DNA of 64,000 nucleotides from an uncultured Marinomonas sp. (lineage in GTDB: Bacteria; Pseudomonadota; Gammaproteobacteria; Pseudomonadales; Marinomonadaceae). The stretch lies in NCBI GenBank assembly GCA_963975045.1, contig CAXBGJ010000001.1, forward strand, positions 12,220-76,219, read 5' to 3'. Position 1 is the stretch's first letter. Each line of letters opens with the position of its first letter. The translations under genes were made by a program, and so were the position numbers. The notes under the pieces are model-generated. The model was not told the DNA's origin. It saw only the letters and a list, made by a program, of their open reading frames with translations, and searched no databases. This document shows, one piece after another, positions 49,737 to 59,077 of this stretch.

Positions 49737-52700
49737 ATTTCAATCACTTCTCGACTATCATCCATAACATCTGGTTCAAATTGTTGCTGAATGTCATATA
49801 CGAGACTCTCCACACTGGCACCTTGAATAATATCAACGGTGCGGATCACAACGCGGAAATCAGCCTCTATACGACTTTTCAATGTCACGGCCATTAACGA
49901 ATCAAAACCTTGCTCAATAAGAGGTTTTCTTAATTTCAGTGACTCAACACTGGTCGCCATTAAATTGGCCACCTCTAGTGTTAACCAATCAAAAACAGAG
50001 CGATTAGCCCCATTAAACATGTCAATTTCTTCGTGATTATAATTTACCGCTAACACCTCTGAGCCCACCTCTTCATGACGAGAAAATAAGTTTTGTATTA
50101 GTCCATCTCGCTCAAGCTCAGGTACGATTTTCAGCAAATCATCCAGAGGTCCAGGAATAACAAAAATATCAGCAGGAAAAAGACTTCTATCAGCAGGGTG
50201 ATTTTTTAACATCGATATGCTCCATTCCAGCATATCCATACCGGCCTGTAATTCGATTGTTTGCACCCCATGACGATTGACTAAATCCACTACCTTTTGT
50301 GCGGCTACACCCGCTTTTTCCCAAACCCCCCAAGATAACGTTAAAGCATTCAAACCACCCATTCGAGCTTGATGACTTAAACCTGACTGAAAACCATTCG
50401 CCGCAGCATAGATAGCTTGACCTTGAGGAGCTAATACACTGGCGGCAGAACCAAACATAATAAAAAAATCTAAGGGCCGGCTGTAACGCTCAAAGTACTC
50501 AAGCAAACATTGGCTTCCCTTCGCCTTCGCAGACATAACATCATCAATATGATCCATATCGACGCGCTCAATTAGTGAGCCCTGTAGATCGCCAGCCAGT
50601 TGAATAACCCCTTTTATTGGATGGGTTAATTCTGCCTCGATTTTTCTCAAAGTACCGAATATCTTGTCTATGTTGCCGTCACCAACGTCTAAGTCAACAA
50701 CGTCAATTTGCACTCCGGAGCGTTTCCAGTGTTCAAATAAATCACTATTTTCCAGTGCTTTTTGTATGGCTGTACGACTTGTTAACACAAGAGATCGAGC
50801 ACCCATTGCTATTAAGCGTCCAACCGTTTCAATCCCCAACACACCAAAGCCACCAACGACCAAATAGCTCCCATCACCCTCAAGCACCTGTTGCACAGGA
50901 TTATAATCACCCATCAGAGAAGCTTGTAGTGGCACTAGCACTGGTTCGAAAGTAATGTTATTCCGATAAACACGGTGTTTCATCGGCGCCTTACTGGATG
51001 TGTTTTTTTGCAGCAACACAGCGAGATTATTGACCCCATTCGAGCGTTCATCGAAATCCACTAAGCGCAATGGAATCCTTGTAAACTCACGATTCACCAC
51101 ACGTCCAAATGCCCAAAGTGCAGCACCTTCAGGGTGGATTATATTGTTATCTTGATCGCTGATTTTTTGACTAGAATGGGTCGCTAAAATAAAGCTGTCT
51201 AATAAGATGTGCTTTTGGTTGATGACAGAAAACATCACAGATAACACCAGCAAAGTATCAGTAACGGAATACGTTACAGTGTCATCAGCCCAAAACACAC
51301 AATGGCTTATTTCTTCATGAAGCACTAAATCGAAGATACTAGACCAAGCTAGAGGATCATCTAAAGACAAAGAAATGGATTGCTGAGTTTGGTTAAAGCC
51401 ACGGTAATCAGACGAAAGATCAACAAGCCAAACCCTATGGCCTAAGGCTTCTAAAGCCTGAACTTGAGCATCACATGCTGGTGAAGAACGTCGTAATAAT
51501 AGTATTTTTTGCGTGGAGACAACCTGAGGTGCGGATTCCTCGTTGCATTCCTGCCAATCAATGAAGTACGCACAAGCATTGGCTAAGCGTGCTTTACTCA
51601 TGCTTTGATCAGCATCATGACACTTTTGTGCAACTATAATATGCTGCCCAAGCACGCTTGCTGCGCTGTGTTTTTCAGGGAAAGAATGGCCTAATTCAAA
51701 ACCACAACCCTCAAGCAAATCTATCCAGATTTTCGACGACAACAAAGGTGTATTAGTGCGGATACCATCATCAAATACCCCCCACCCCTCGATGAGTCCA
51801 ATTGACATATCCACCCAAGGTTGCGCATTTGTCAGTTCGTATAAAAGAATCATCGCACCGGAACGCATCACACTATTGAGCTGTGCAAGAGTTTGCTTTA
51901 GGTCACTAACCGCATGCAGCACATTCGCGCCCAGCACAATATCAAACAATGCCTCGTCAAGGTCTTCTAACTGAGGAGCTAGTGGTGTTTCTAAGTTTAT
52001 CGTCTTAAAGGTAACAAAATCATATTCTGCAAACAGCGCTTTAGCACGTTCAAAAAACATCGGCGTAACATCACTAAAATAATACTCTATGGGAGCATCA
52101 CTAACATTAGAGAAATTTTCTGCCAGGGATGGAATGAGAGATCGAGTTAACCCTCCGGTGCCCGCTCCAACCTCCAAGATACGCAGTGGTTTTTTGCTCT
52201 TTTTTTGATTCGCCAAGACACTCAGGTACCGTAAACAACTACGCACAGCTATGCTGTTAAAGTACTGCACCAACGGCCAGTCATGATATAGCTTTTCAAC
52301 CAACTCAAGTGAACCTTGCGGAAACAAAAGTTCGAGCGGGTTAAATTCACCGATTAAAGTCTGTGTTAGCTGCCGATCACAATGCTCTAAATAGTTGAAT
52401 AAAAACTCACCGTCATCACCGTCAAAATACTCAGCGCACTTGATTTGAGCCTTAAATCTGTTTTCATCAAGGGATGATGCGCCCTCATTGAGAAAATATT
52501 GCTTATCAAAACTATCTTCATCAACATGGGTCGAGGTATGAAGAATGCCCACATTACTCAGGTGATCTAACCAGCGCTCAACCAATGGCAAATAATCATT
52601 TTTAATATCTGTTTTATCAATAAAGCGTCTAACCGTAACACCCTGCTTTAATAAACCTTTCCCATCAATTTTGACCAACGCTACAGCCATTGAATAAACG

Positions 52701-55700
52701 GCATAGTCGTTTAAGTTGTCCCAAGATTGCTCGCATTTATCCAAGGATAAATCCATCGGTAAGTACGTGCTTTGTCGTTGAATCTCTTTGACGATTAAAG
52801 GCCATTGCTGAAATATTATAGGCCGATAAACGGCTTCATTGTCTATTTCAGGCAATGTAGGGAGCTCAACCGGCATAACTTGTTGTAGATGTGGATACCA
52901 AAAAGTTTGTTGTTGCCAAGGGTAGGTTGGTAGTTGATAAGTGGGGGCTGCCGCGATATTTATATCCGCAATCGCGTCTTCGTTAATTAACGTCCAATCT
53001 AATACGCCATCATGTTCATAAGACCTAGCCAACACCTTATGCAGCTGGCTTAATGCGGGTACTTTCAGACCTTCCCTTGAGTTAGACTTAATCAAAGTGG
53101 CCATGGTAAAACCAGACTGAGATAGACCCCGTAAGTTCGCTTGAATGACTGGCGACAGTATGGCGCCTGGACCAATTTCAATAAAATTTCGATAGCCTTC
53201 AGAAACCGCCCGCTCAATAGCCTGCTTAAAGTGCACCGTATTGCGAATATTATTCGCCCAATACCGAGCATCATAATACGTCGAGGTTACCCCATCCCCA
53301 GCACTTGTGGAGAACATGTCTACTGAACTGCTCAGTCCATCAACTTTTGCCAATTTTCCAATAAGTACAGATTCTAATGGCGCCATGTTTGCACTGTGAA
53401 ATGCGTATGGCATAGCCATTCGGTGAAACTCAATATTATTTTGCATAAGATAATGTGAAAAGTTTTCAATAGCCCCATTATCCCCACTAACCACGCAAGC
53501 AAGTGCGCTGTTGTCGGCGGCAACTTCTACCGAAAAACCGGATATTACAATGAGTTCTTCAACCGCCTGAGCAGACATCCTCAGTGCTAACATGCCGCCT
53601 TTTCCGTGTGCATCATGCATAACTTCACCACGACCAAGGATAACTCGCACTGCGGTATCGAGGGATATTTTTCCGGCCACGTAAGCCGCAGCCACCTCCC
53701 CCATACTGTGACCGACAACTGCTGAAGGTAATACGCCACACTGGCGCAGATAATCTGCTGTTGCCACTTGTAGCGCAAAAATCATTGGCTGAATAAAGCG
53801 AGTTTGATCTGTTAAAGATTCCTTTTCCAGTTGCTCAACAACCGACCAACCAGCGTGCTTTTGAACCAACTGATCGATGGAGTTTAATGCGCGATTAAAC
53901 ACGCTAGAACTTGCTCTAAGCTCCTGCCCCATACCCAACCACTGATTGCCCTGCCCACTAAACACAAAAACATGTCCCGCAGTAACATCAATATCTCGTG
54001 TTTTAGATGACCACGCCAATTCTTGTCTTAACGCTTCTGCGGCAAGAGTCAGTTTTTCGACAAACTCATCAACATGGCAACATGAAAGTGTAATACGGTG
54101 GGAGATATGATCTCTATTATGTATAAGCTGTGACGCTAACAACGCTAATTGCACATCATTCTCACCCACAAAGGCGAGTAATTGCTCAACACGCATCAAT
54201 AACGCTTTGGGCGTATTAGCAGAAACAGGAATCAGCAGCGGTCGATTTTCTTGAACAACGTACGATGACTGGCGACTTGGCAATGTATCATCAGCACGCC
54301 CCAAAATAACATGAGCATTTGCGCCACCAAAACTAAACGCGCTTACCCCAGCAAAAAGTGGCTCGCTGAACTCGGTATTTGACGTTTTAGAAGATCCGGA
54401 TTGAGTGCTTAAACAGGTATTCTTTTGAGCGATGGCTAAGTTGTCTCCAAGCTCAATCATTGGGTTTAATTGTTGGCAATTAATCGTGCTAGGCAACATT
54501 TTATAGTGCAATGACAGCACACTTTTAATTAGACCGGCCAAGCCTGCCGCCGCCTCCAAATGACCAATATTACTCTTTGCCGAGCCGACTAAACATTTGC
54601 GTTTTCGCGCCCCTGAACCTTGGCTCATCAAACGTTTTAAAGCCCCCACTTCAATTGGATCGCCAAGGGGCGTTCCCGTACCATGAGCTTCAAAAAAACT
54701 AATATCATCAATGGTTTTATGAGCCGCCTTTAACGCTTGAGTAATAACCTCTTCTTGAGCCAAGCCATTCGGCGCCGTAAGTCCGTTACTTCGACCATCT
54801 TGGTTTAAAGCAGAACCTTCGATAACCGCTAACACTCTATTGCCTTGCGCTTGTGCAACATCCAACGGCTGCAACATCAATACCGCTCCGCCTTCTGCAC
54901 GAACATAGCCGTCCGCCTCAGCTGAAAAAGTTCGGCAAGCACCTGTTGGCGATAACATATTAGCTTGCGACAAACCCACTGCGACATCAGGCGATAATAT
55001 TAGATTTACACCACCTACTAAAGCCTGATCGCAATCACCAGCCTGAAGGCTGCGACAAGCTTGGTGAATCGCCACCAAGGATGATGAGCAGGCCGTGTCT
55101 ATGGCCATACTCGGCCCTTTGAAATCAAAAAAGTAAGATAGACGATTCGCCGCAATACTGTGCGCATTACCTGACGCTTGATAAGCACTAATATTTTCCA
55201 GCGCAGAACCTGCCAGCGCATCATAATCGTGTGTACTTATACCAACAAAAACCCCTGTATTACTCCCAGATAGAGCCTCACGAGTAAATCCAGCAGATTC
55301 GATTGCTTCCCAGGAAAGTGCCATCAATAACCGTTGCTGAGGGTCCATTGAATTTGCTTCACGCGCTGAAATACCAAAAAAATCGGCATCAAAACCAGTC
55401 ACATTGTCGAGAAAACCCGCAGTGTTAAGCTTATTCTTTTCAACCGAACCGTAGTCTTTTAATAATGCGTCCGACCAACGCTCATCTAACCTTTTAGAAA
55501 CGCTATGTTGATTGTTGAGCAACAATTGCCAATATTCATCTATATTGCTGGCTCCAGGGAAACGACAAGACATAGCAACAATAGCGATACGAGAGGAATG
55601 TTTATTCACCTCACCCACAGGTAAAGGCTCATTATGCTTTGCAGGAGAAATAAGATGATCACATAAGGCATTAATCGTTGAGTATTGATACAGCACCGTT

Positions 55701-57676
55701 GGGTCCAACGGCTGATTTAACCGCTCCGACAGACGCCCCGTCAGACCGACCGATTGACGCGAGTTCAATCCATATTCTTTTAACGGTCGATCAAATTTTA
55801 TGGAAGAGACCTCTGCAGAAGGTATTTCCAGTAATTCAGCAATCTGCGATCTTAACCAAGACTTTAACTCAAAAGCGCCTGCATCGGCTTCAGCCCTCTC
55901 TTTAGACTCACCCCCATAAAGAATATGGGGATCTAAATCGGCAAACACTTTCAACTCCTGATTCAATAATTTTTGTTTGCTTAACGAACGCTGAATTTTG
56001 CCACTTGATGTTTTATCAATTGAGCCTGGTCGAACCAATACTAAGCGGCTTAACGACAAACCCAGCTCTTCTGAAATAGTGGAGGCGACTGCAGCAAAAA
56101 CCTCTTCAAGGTCTAAGTTATTACGCTCTGTTCGCTTTACCTCCTGTATCAATACTAAACGCTCTAATCCATCATCATATAAACCGAAAGCTGCCCCTCC
56201 ATCCGCCTCTAAAGCGGAGTGACTTTGAGCCGCCATTAATTCAATATCTTGGGGATAATAGTTATTGCCATCGACAATAATGACATCCTTTAGACGGCCA
56301 TTAACAAATAACTCTCCATCACAATCTAAAAAGCCTACGTCACCAGTGCGTAAATACTCACCGCGCCCAGCAAAACCTAAAGCGATACCGTAAGTACTTT
56401 TAGTTTTTGCGTCATCAGCCCAATAACCAGAAGTAATAGTTTTCCCTGCCAACCATATTTCTCCAATATGCCAAGCCTCTAAACGCTCTCCTGTTACGGG
56501 ATTAACAATCGCAATATCAACACCACTGGCCGCTCTACCTGAGCTAACTAACCTCTGACCTGCATTACCATCTAGTGACTCTACCGCGCATCCTTGTCGC
56601 AACGAGACAGGATCAAAGGACTTAATGACCAACATTTTTTTAATCCCACTGTCTGTGACCATTAATGTTGATTCTGCCATGCCATAGCCAGGCATTTGCG
56701 CTTCAGGTCTGTATCCAAAGGGTTTAAAAGCGTCAGCAAAAGCCTCTACACTACTGACACGGATTGGCTCTGCTCCATTTAATAAAGACCGCCAATTTGA
56801 AAGATCGAGTTCAAGCAGCCCCGCAGGATTATTTCGCTTGAATCGCTCTAGTGTTGATACCGCTAAATCAAGAGCGAAATTAGGAGCGAAACTATGGGTA
56901 ATACGGTATTTAGAAAGCGCAGTCAGCCAAAGCATAGGAGTTTGAATAAATGTTGCCGGGGCCATCAAATAACCTTTGACCCCTATATACAGCGGCATAA
57001 TGTAACCACATATCAATCCCATATCATGATAGTGAGGCATCCAACTAAGCTGACGACTTTCTTCATTAAAATCTAAGGCAGAGCATAATATATCAAGGTT
57101 GCACAATAAATTTTCACCACTAACGATGACACCTTTAGGGTCTGAAGTAGAGCCCGATGTGTACTGTAACAATGCGATTTCATCATATCTTGAGGTGATA
57201 GAGATTATTTTTGCATCCGGCTCTTTATAACTCAAATCCGTTGCCATAACTCTGCAAGCATCGAGCTCTTTTAAATCTTCCAACTGGAGCCAATCATTTA
57301 ATTTTACTAAGGAGGTTTCAGTTGTAAGAAGGCACGAACTGTCGGCATCGTTTAGAACTTTTCGAATACGTCCCCAGTGTCTTACATTACGAGGAGGGTA
57401 AACCGGTATGGCGACAACACCCGAGTACAGACACGCTAAAAAGGCGATGAGGAAATCCAATCCTGATGGATAAAGTAACACCACTCTCTCGCCTGATTGA
57501 GAGTGCAACATAATCTCTTTTGCTACTTTTCGAACTCGATCAAGCAATGTTGCATAATTTAACTCTAATGCTTCACTTCCGTTTTGTAGATATACATAAG
57601 CCGTTTTATTCGGGGTTTTCTGAGCTCTATCAACTAAAATTGCAATTATTTCATGGCAAACATCTTCGTTAATCAT
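49733..57676 (-). CDS. Loading and PKS protein: FAAL-ACP-KS-AT-cMT-KR-ACP
   Basis: FAAL: LQYTSGSTSDPKGV, WMPHYHDMGLI. ACP: GLNS. KS: DTACSSS, HGTGT, NIGHLEAAAG. AT: GHSMG, YAFH. C-MT: LEVGAGTGG, ANVLHA. KR: GGFGVLG, YAAAN. ACP: GFDS. Confidence 0.95.
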   Translation of the reverse strand: MINEDVCHEIIAILVDRAQKTPNKTAYVYLQNGSEALELNYATLLDRVRKVAKEIMLHSQSGERVVLLYPSGLDFLIAFLACLYSGVVAIPVYPPRNVRHWGRIRKVLNDADSSCLLTTETSLVKLNDWLQLEDLKELDACRVMATDLSYKEPDAKIISITSRYDEIALLQYTSGSTSDPKGVIVSGENLLCNLDILCSALDFNEESRQLSWMPHYHDMGLICGYIMPLYIGVKGYLMAPATFIQTPMLWLTALSKYRITHSFAPNFALDLAVSTLERFKRNNPAGLLELDLSNWRSLLNGAEPIRVSSVEAFADAFKPFGYRPEAQMPGYGMAESTLMVTDSGIKKMLVIKSFDPVSLRQGCAVESLDGNAGQRLVSSGRAASGVDIAIVNPVTGERLEAWHIGEIWLAGKTITSGYWADDAKTKSTYGIALGFAGRGEYLRTGDVGFLDCDGELFVNGRLKDVIIVDGNNYYPQDIELMAAQSHSALEADGGAAFGLYDDGLERLVLIQEVKRTERNNLDLEEVFAAVASTISEELGLSLSRLVLVRPGSIDKTSSGKIQRSLSKQKLLNQELKVFADLDPHILYGGESKERAEADAGAFELKSWLRSQIAELLEIPSAEVSSIKFDRPLKEYGLNSRQSVGLTGRLSERLNQPLDPTVLYQYSTINALCDHLISPAKHNEPLPVGEVNKHSSRIAIVAMSCRFPGASNIDEYWQLLLNNQHSVSKRLDERWSDALLKDYGSVEKNKLNTAGFLDNVTGFDADFFGISAREANSMDPQQRLLMALSWEAIESAGFTREALSGSNTGVFVGISTHDYDALAGSALENISAYQASGNAHSIAANRLSYFFDFKGPSMAIDTACSSSLVAIHQACRSLQAGDCDQALVGGVNLILSPDVAVGLSQANMLSPTGACRTFSAEADGYVRAEGGAVLMLQPLDVAQAQGNRVLAVIEGSALNQDGRSNGLTAPNGLAQEEVITQALKAAHKTIDDISFFEAHGTGTPLGDPIEVGALKRLMSQGSGARKRKCLVGSAKSNIGHLEAAAGLAGLIKSVLSLHYKMLPSTINCQQLNPMIELGDNLAIAQKNTCLSTQSGSSKTSNTEFSEPLFAGVSAFSFGGANAHVILGRADDTLPSRQSSYVVQENRPLLIPVSANTPKALLMRVEQLLAFVGENDVQLALLASQLIHNRDHISHRITLSCCHVDEFVEKLTLAAEALRQELAWSSKTRDIDVTAGHVFVFSGQGNQWLGMGQELRASSSVFNRALNSIDQLVQKHAGWSVVEQLEKESLTDQTRFIQPMIFALQVATADYLRQCGVLPSAVVGHSMGEVAAAYVAGKISLDTAVRVILGRGEVMHDAHGKGGMLALRMSAQAVEELIVISGFSVEVAADNSALACVVSGDNGAIENFSHYLMQNNIEFHRMAMPYAFHSANMAPLESVLIGKLAKVDGLSSSVDMFSTSAGDGVTSTYYDARYWANNIRNTVHFKQAIERAVSEGYRNFIEIGPGAILSPVIQANLRGLSQSGFTMATLIKSNSREGLKVPALSQLHKVLARSYEHDGVLDWTLINEDAIADINIAAAPTYQLPTYPWQQQTFWYPHLQQVMPVELPTLPEIDNEAVYRPIIFQQWPLIVKEIQRQSTYLPMDLSLDKCEQSWDNLNDYAVYSMAVALVKIDGKGLLKQGVTVRRFIDKTDIKNDYLPLVERWLDHLSNVGILHTSTHVDEDSFDKQYFLNEGASSLDENRFKAQIKCAEYFDGDDGEFLFNYLEHCDRQLTQTLIGEFNPLELLFPQGSLELVEKLYHDWPLVQYFNSIAVRSCLRYLSVLANQKKSKKPLRILEVGAGTGGLTRSLIPSLAENFSNVSDAPIEYYFSDVTPMFFERAKALFAEYDFVTFKTINLETPLAPQLEDLDEALFDIVLGANVLHAVSDLKQTLAQLNSVMRSGAMILLYELTNAQPWVDMSIGLIEGWGVFDDGIRTNTPLLSSKIWIDLLEGCGFELGHSFPEKHSAASVLGQHIIVAQKCHDADQSMSKARLANACAYFIDWQECNEESAPQVVSTQKILLLRRSSPACDAQVQALEALGHRVWLVDLSSDYRGFNQTQQSISLSLDDPLAWSSIFDLVLHEEISHCVFWADDTVTYSVTDTLLVLSVMFSVINQKHILLDSFILATHSSQKISDQDNNIIHPEGAALWAFGRVVNREFTRIPLRLVDFDERSNGVNNLAVLLQKNTSSKAPMKHRVYRNNITFEPVLVPLQASLMGDYNPVQQVLEGDGSYLVVGGFGVLGIETVGRLIAMGARSLVLTSRTAIQKALENSDLFEHWKRSGVQIDVVDLDVGDGNIDKIFGTLRKIEAELTHPIKGVIQLAGDLQGSLIERVDMDHIDDVMSAKAKGSQCLLEYFERYSRPLDFFIMFGSAASVLAPQGQAIYAAANGFQSGLSHQARMGGLNALTLSWGVWEKAGVAAQKVVDLVNRHGVQTIELQAGMDMLEWSISMLKNHPADRSLFPADIFVIPGPLDDLLKIVPELERDGLIQNLFSRHEEVGSEVLAVNYNHEEIDMFNGANRSVFDWLTLEVANLMATSVESLKLRKPLIEQGFDSLMAVTLKSRIEADFRVVIRTVDIIQGASVESLVYDIQQQFEPDVMDDSREVIEI

Positions 57677-57790
57677 TTACAAGAATCCCTGTCAAACGCC
57701 ATCAGACATTTACAAAAAAAAACAATTCAATGCTATTAAAATCGAATAAAATGCATTACTAAAGAAAGCATTTAGAATGAAATTATAACG

Positions 57791-57991
57791 TTATTTCTCT
57801 AGAGCCTTACGTAAACTAAGGGGACGCATATCAGTCCAAACCTCTTCAATATAATCTAAACATTCCTGTCGATTTTTTTTATGTCCAACGGCTTCCCAAC
57901 CATTAGGCATTTCTTTTTCTGATGGCCAGATAGAATATTGCTCTTCATGATTGACAACCACATAGTACTCCAAAGTATCTTCGTAATTCAT
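57791..57991 (-). CDS. mbtH: MbtH-like protein
   Basis: [12 protein letters not shown]...PNGW...[17 protein letters not shown] with three conserved Trp; GAGG SD. Confidence 0.97.
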   Translation of the reverse strand: MNYEDTLEYYVVVNHEEQYSIWPSEKEMPNGWEAVGHKKNRQECLDYIEEVWTDMRPLSLRKALEK

Positions 57992-58335
57992 GTACCCTCA
58001 ATGACTAATGTCTTTTGAAAAATTAATAATATGATGAGATAACACACATAAAATGAAACAAAACACCCTCTCACCACCTCTTCCTACCACATAAAGCATA
58101 CCTACTGGACACTCAATTAAGGCAAACCAATATTCATAGCCCAAGAGCTTGTCTTCACTAGGTTAAGTCATCTATTAAACATTCCTCTAAAATCGATTTT
58201 TAGCATAATCCATTACTTCAATAACATTGCCTTTCAAAAGATAAATCACGTCAAATTGAAATTTTTTTTCAACAAATGATAACGAAGAAAACACTTTCCT
58301 ATTAAAAAACAGAAACTGTATAATCCATCATAATT

Positions 58336-58367
58336 ATTATTTGTTAACGAGTTAAAACTCGTCAACA
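58336..58367 (-). promoter_or_regulatory. Candidate sigma70 promoter for the cluster, overlapped by a 26-bp near-perfect palindrome
   Basis: Minus strand: TTGACG (58365-58360), 18 nt, AATAAT (58341-58336), pointing at mbtH. The palindrome tgttaacgagtt-aa-aactcgtcaaca (58342-58367, one mismatch) covers the -35 and spacer. Confidence 0.5.
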
Positions 58368-58480
58368 TGACCTAAAATGTATGAAAAAAATATACCTTTA
58401 ATAAAAAACGTTTGCAACTTTCTTGAGAGCTTCTTATATCAACCCATAGGCAGCGACCCCAAGGGATATCTGATCAAGTC

Positions 58481-58541
58481 AAATCAACGCGCTGATTTTT
58501 TTCAAAACGATAAAAAACTGCGATTTGATTTTTTATCGTTT
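58481..58541. repeat. Two adjacent inverted repeats upstream of the cluster
   Basis: aaatca-acgcgc-tgattt (58481-58498) and a perfect 13-bp IR aaacgataaaaaa(11)ttttttatcgttt (58505-58541). Confidence 0.6.
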
Positions 58542-59077
58542 CTTGGCCTCGGAACAAAATGAATTTAACTTTACTCCGTATTTTTTTAAACAAATTAGCT
58601 CCTTACATCTCACCTCATCGAATCATCTCAAAGCACACATATAAGCACAAAAAGTATCATCAATTTATTGTCATCATTAGAAATAAATCCATAAATAAAC
58701 AACTCAAAAGGTAATGGTTTACAGGCTATAAGCTAAACGATAACTTACCAGAACCCCCTATTTGGACTCGCTCAGGATGCCATCGCTGAATGGATAAACA
58801 AACTAACCTCTGCATTGAAAGGTAGCTAAATCGATAAGGGAATGGATTTCTACCTCTTTTAAGCAAGCCAATCGCTAGACCAGAAACCCAGAGTAAACAC
58901 AGGCAAGCGTCATACTCAAATGCTCTTTACACCACTACCTTTAGCCTCGCAGTAATAACAACTATGATGTGATTACCCAAGCTATTAAGATCGAAATATG
59001 ATTTGATTATCCTTCATATTCACATTACATCTATGATTAGATAACGAGTATTATTCAAAGCGTAGAAAATCCACACA

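Larger units (their letters stand above)
5299..57991 (-). other. Hybrid FAAL-PKS/NRPS lipopeptide biosynthetic gene cluster (10 NRPS modules, 1 PKS module)
   Basis: Eleven co-oriented genes with overlapping or short junctions (49733/49736, 27288/27280, 8005/8012, 6072/6063). It encodes its own MbtH, TEII, PPTase and exporter. Confidence 0.95.

Noticed and set aside
57714-57722. A9 homopolymer upstream of the PKS start as a phase-variation switch
   Set aside because: It is non-coding, and I could not place it between credible -35 and -10 elements.
5299-57991. Interpretation as a siderophore cluster (Ser-rich lipopeptide, PvdE-like exporter)
   Set aside because: No Orn/Lys N-hydroxylase, Asp beta-hydroxylase, catechol genes or TonB-dependent receptor is present, and there are no Orn, Asp or Lys A-domain codes. 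The Fur-like match is weak.
58060-58100. Possible ops/JUMPStart antitermination element in the long leader (TGTGGTAGGAAG on the minus strand)
   Set aside because: Two mismatches to GGCGGTAG and it lacks the downstream TG; no NusG/RfaH paralogue is in the window.
58377-58562. 61-aa plus-strand ORF upstream of mbtH
   Set aside because: No motif or SD, and it spans the inverted repeats of a likely regulatory region.
58740-58830. Protein-like fragment on the plus strand (FGLAQDAIAEWINKLTSALKGS*)
   Set aside because: Too short to assign to any family from memory; may be a gene relic but unsupported.
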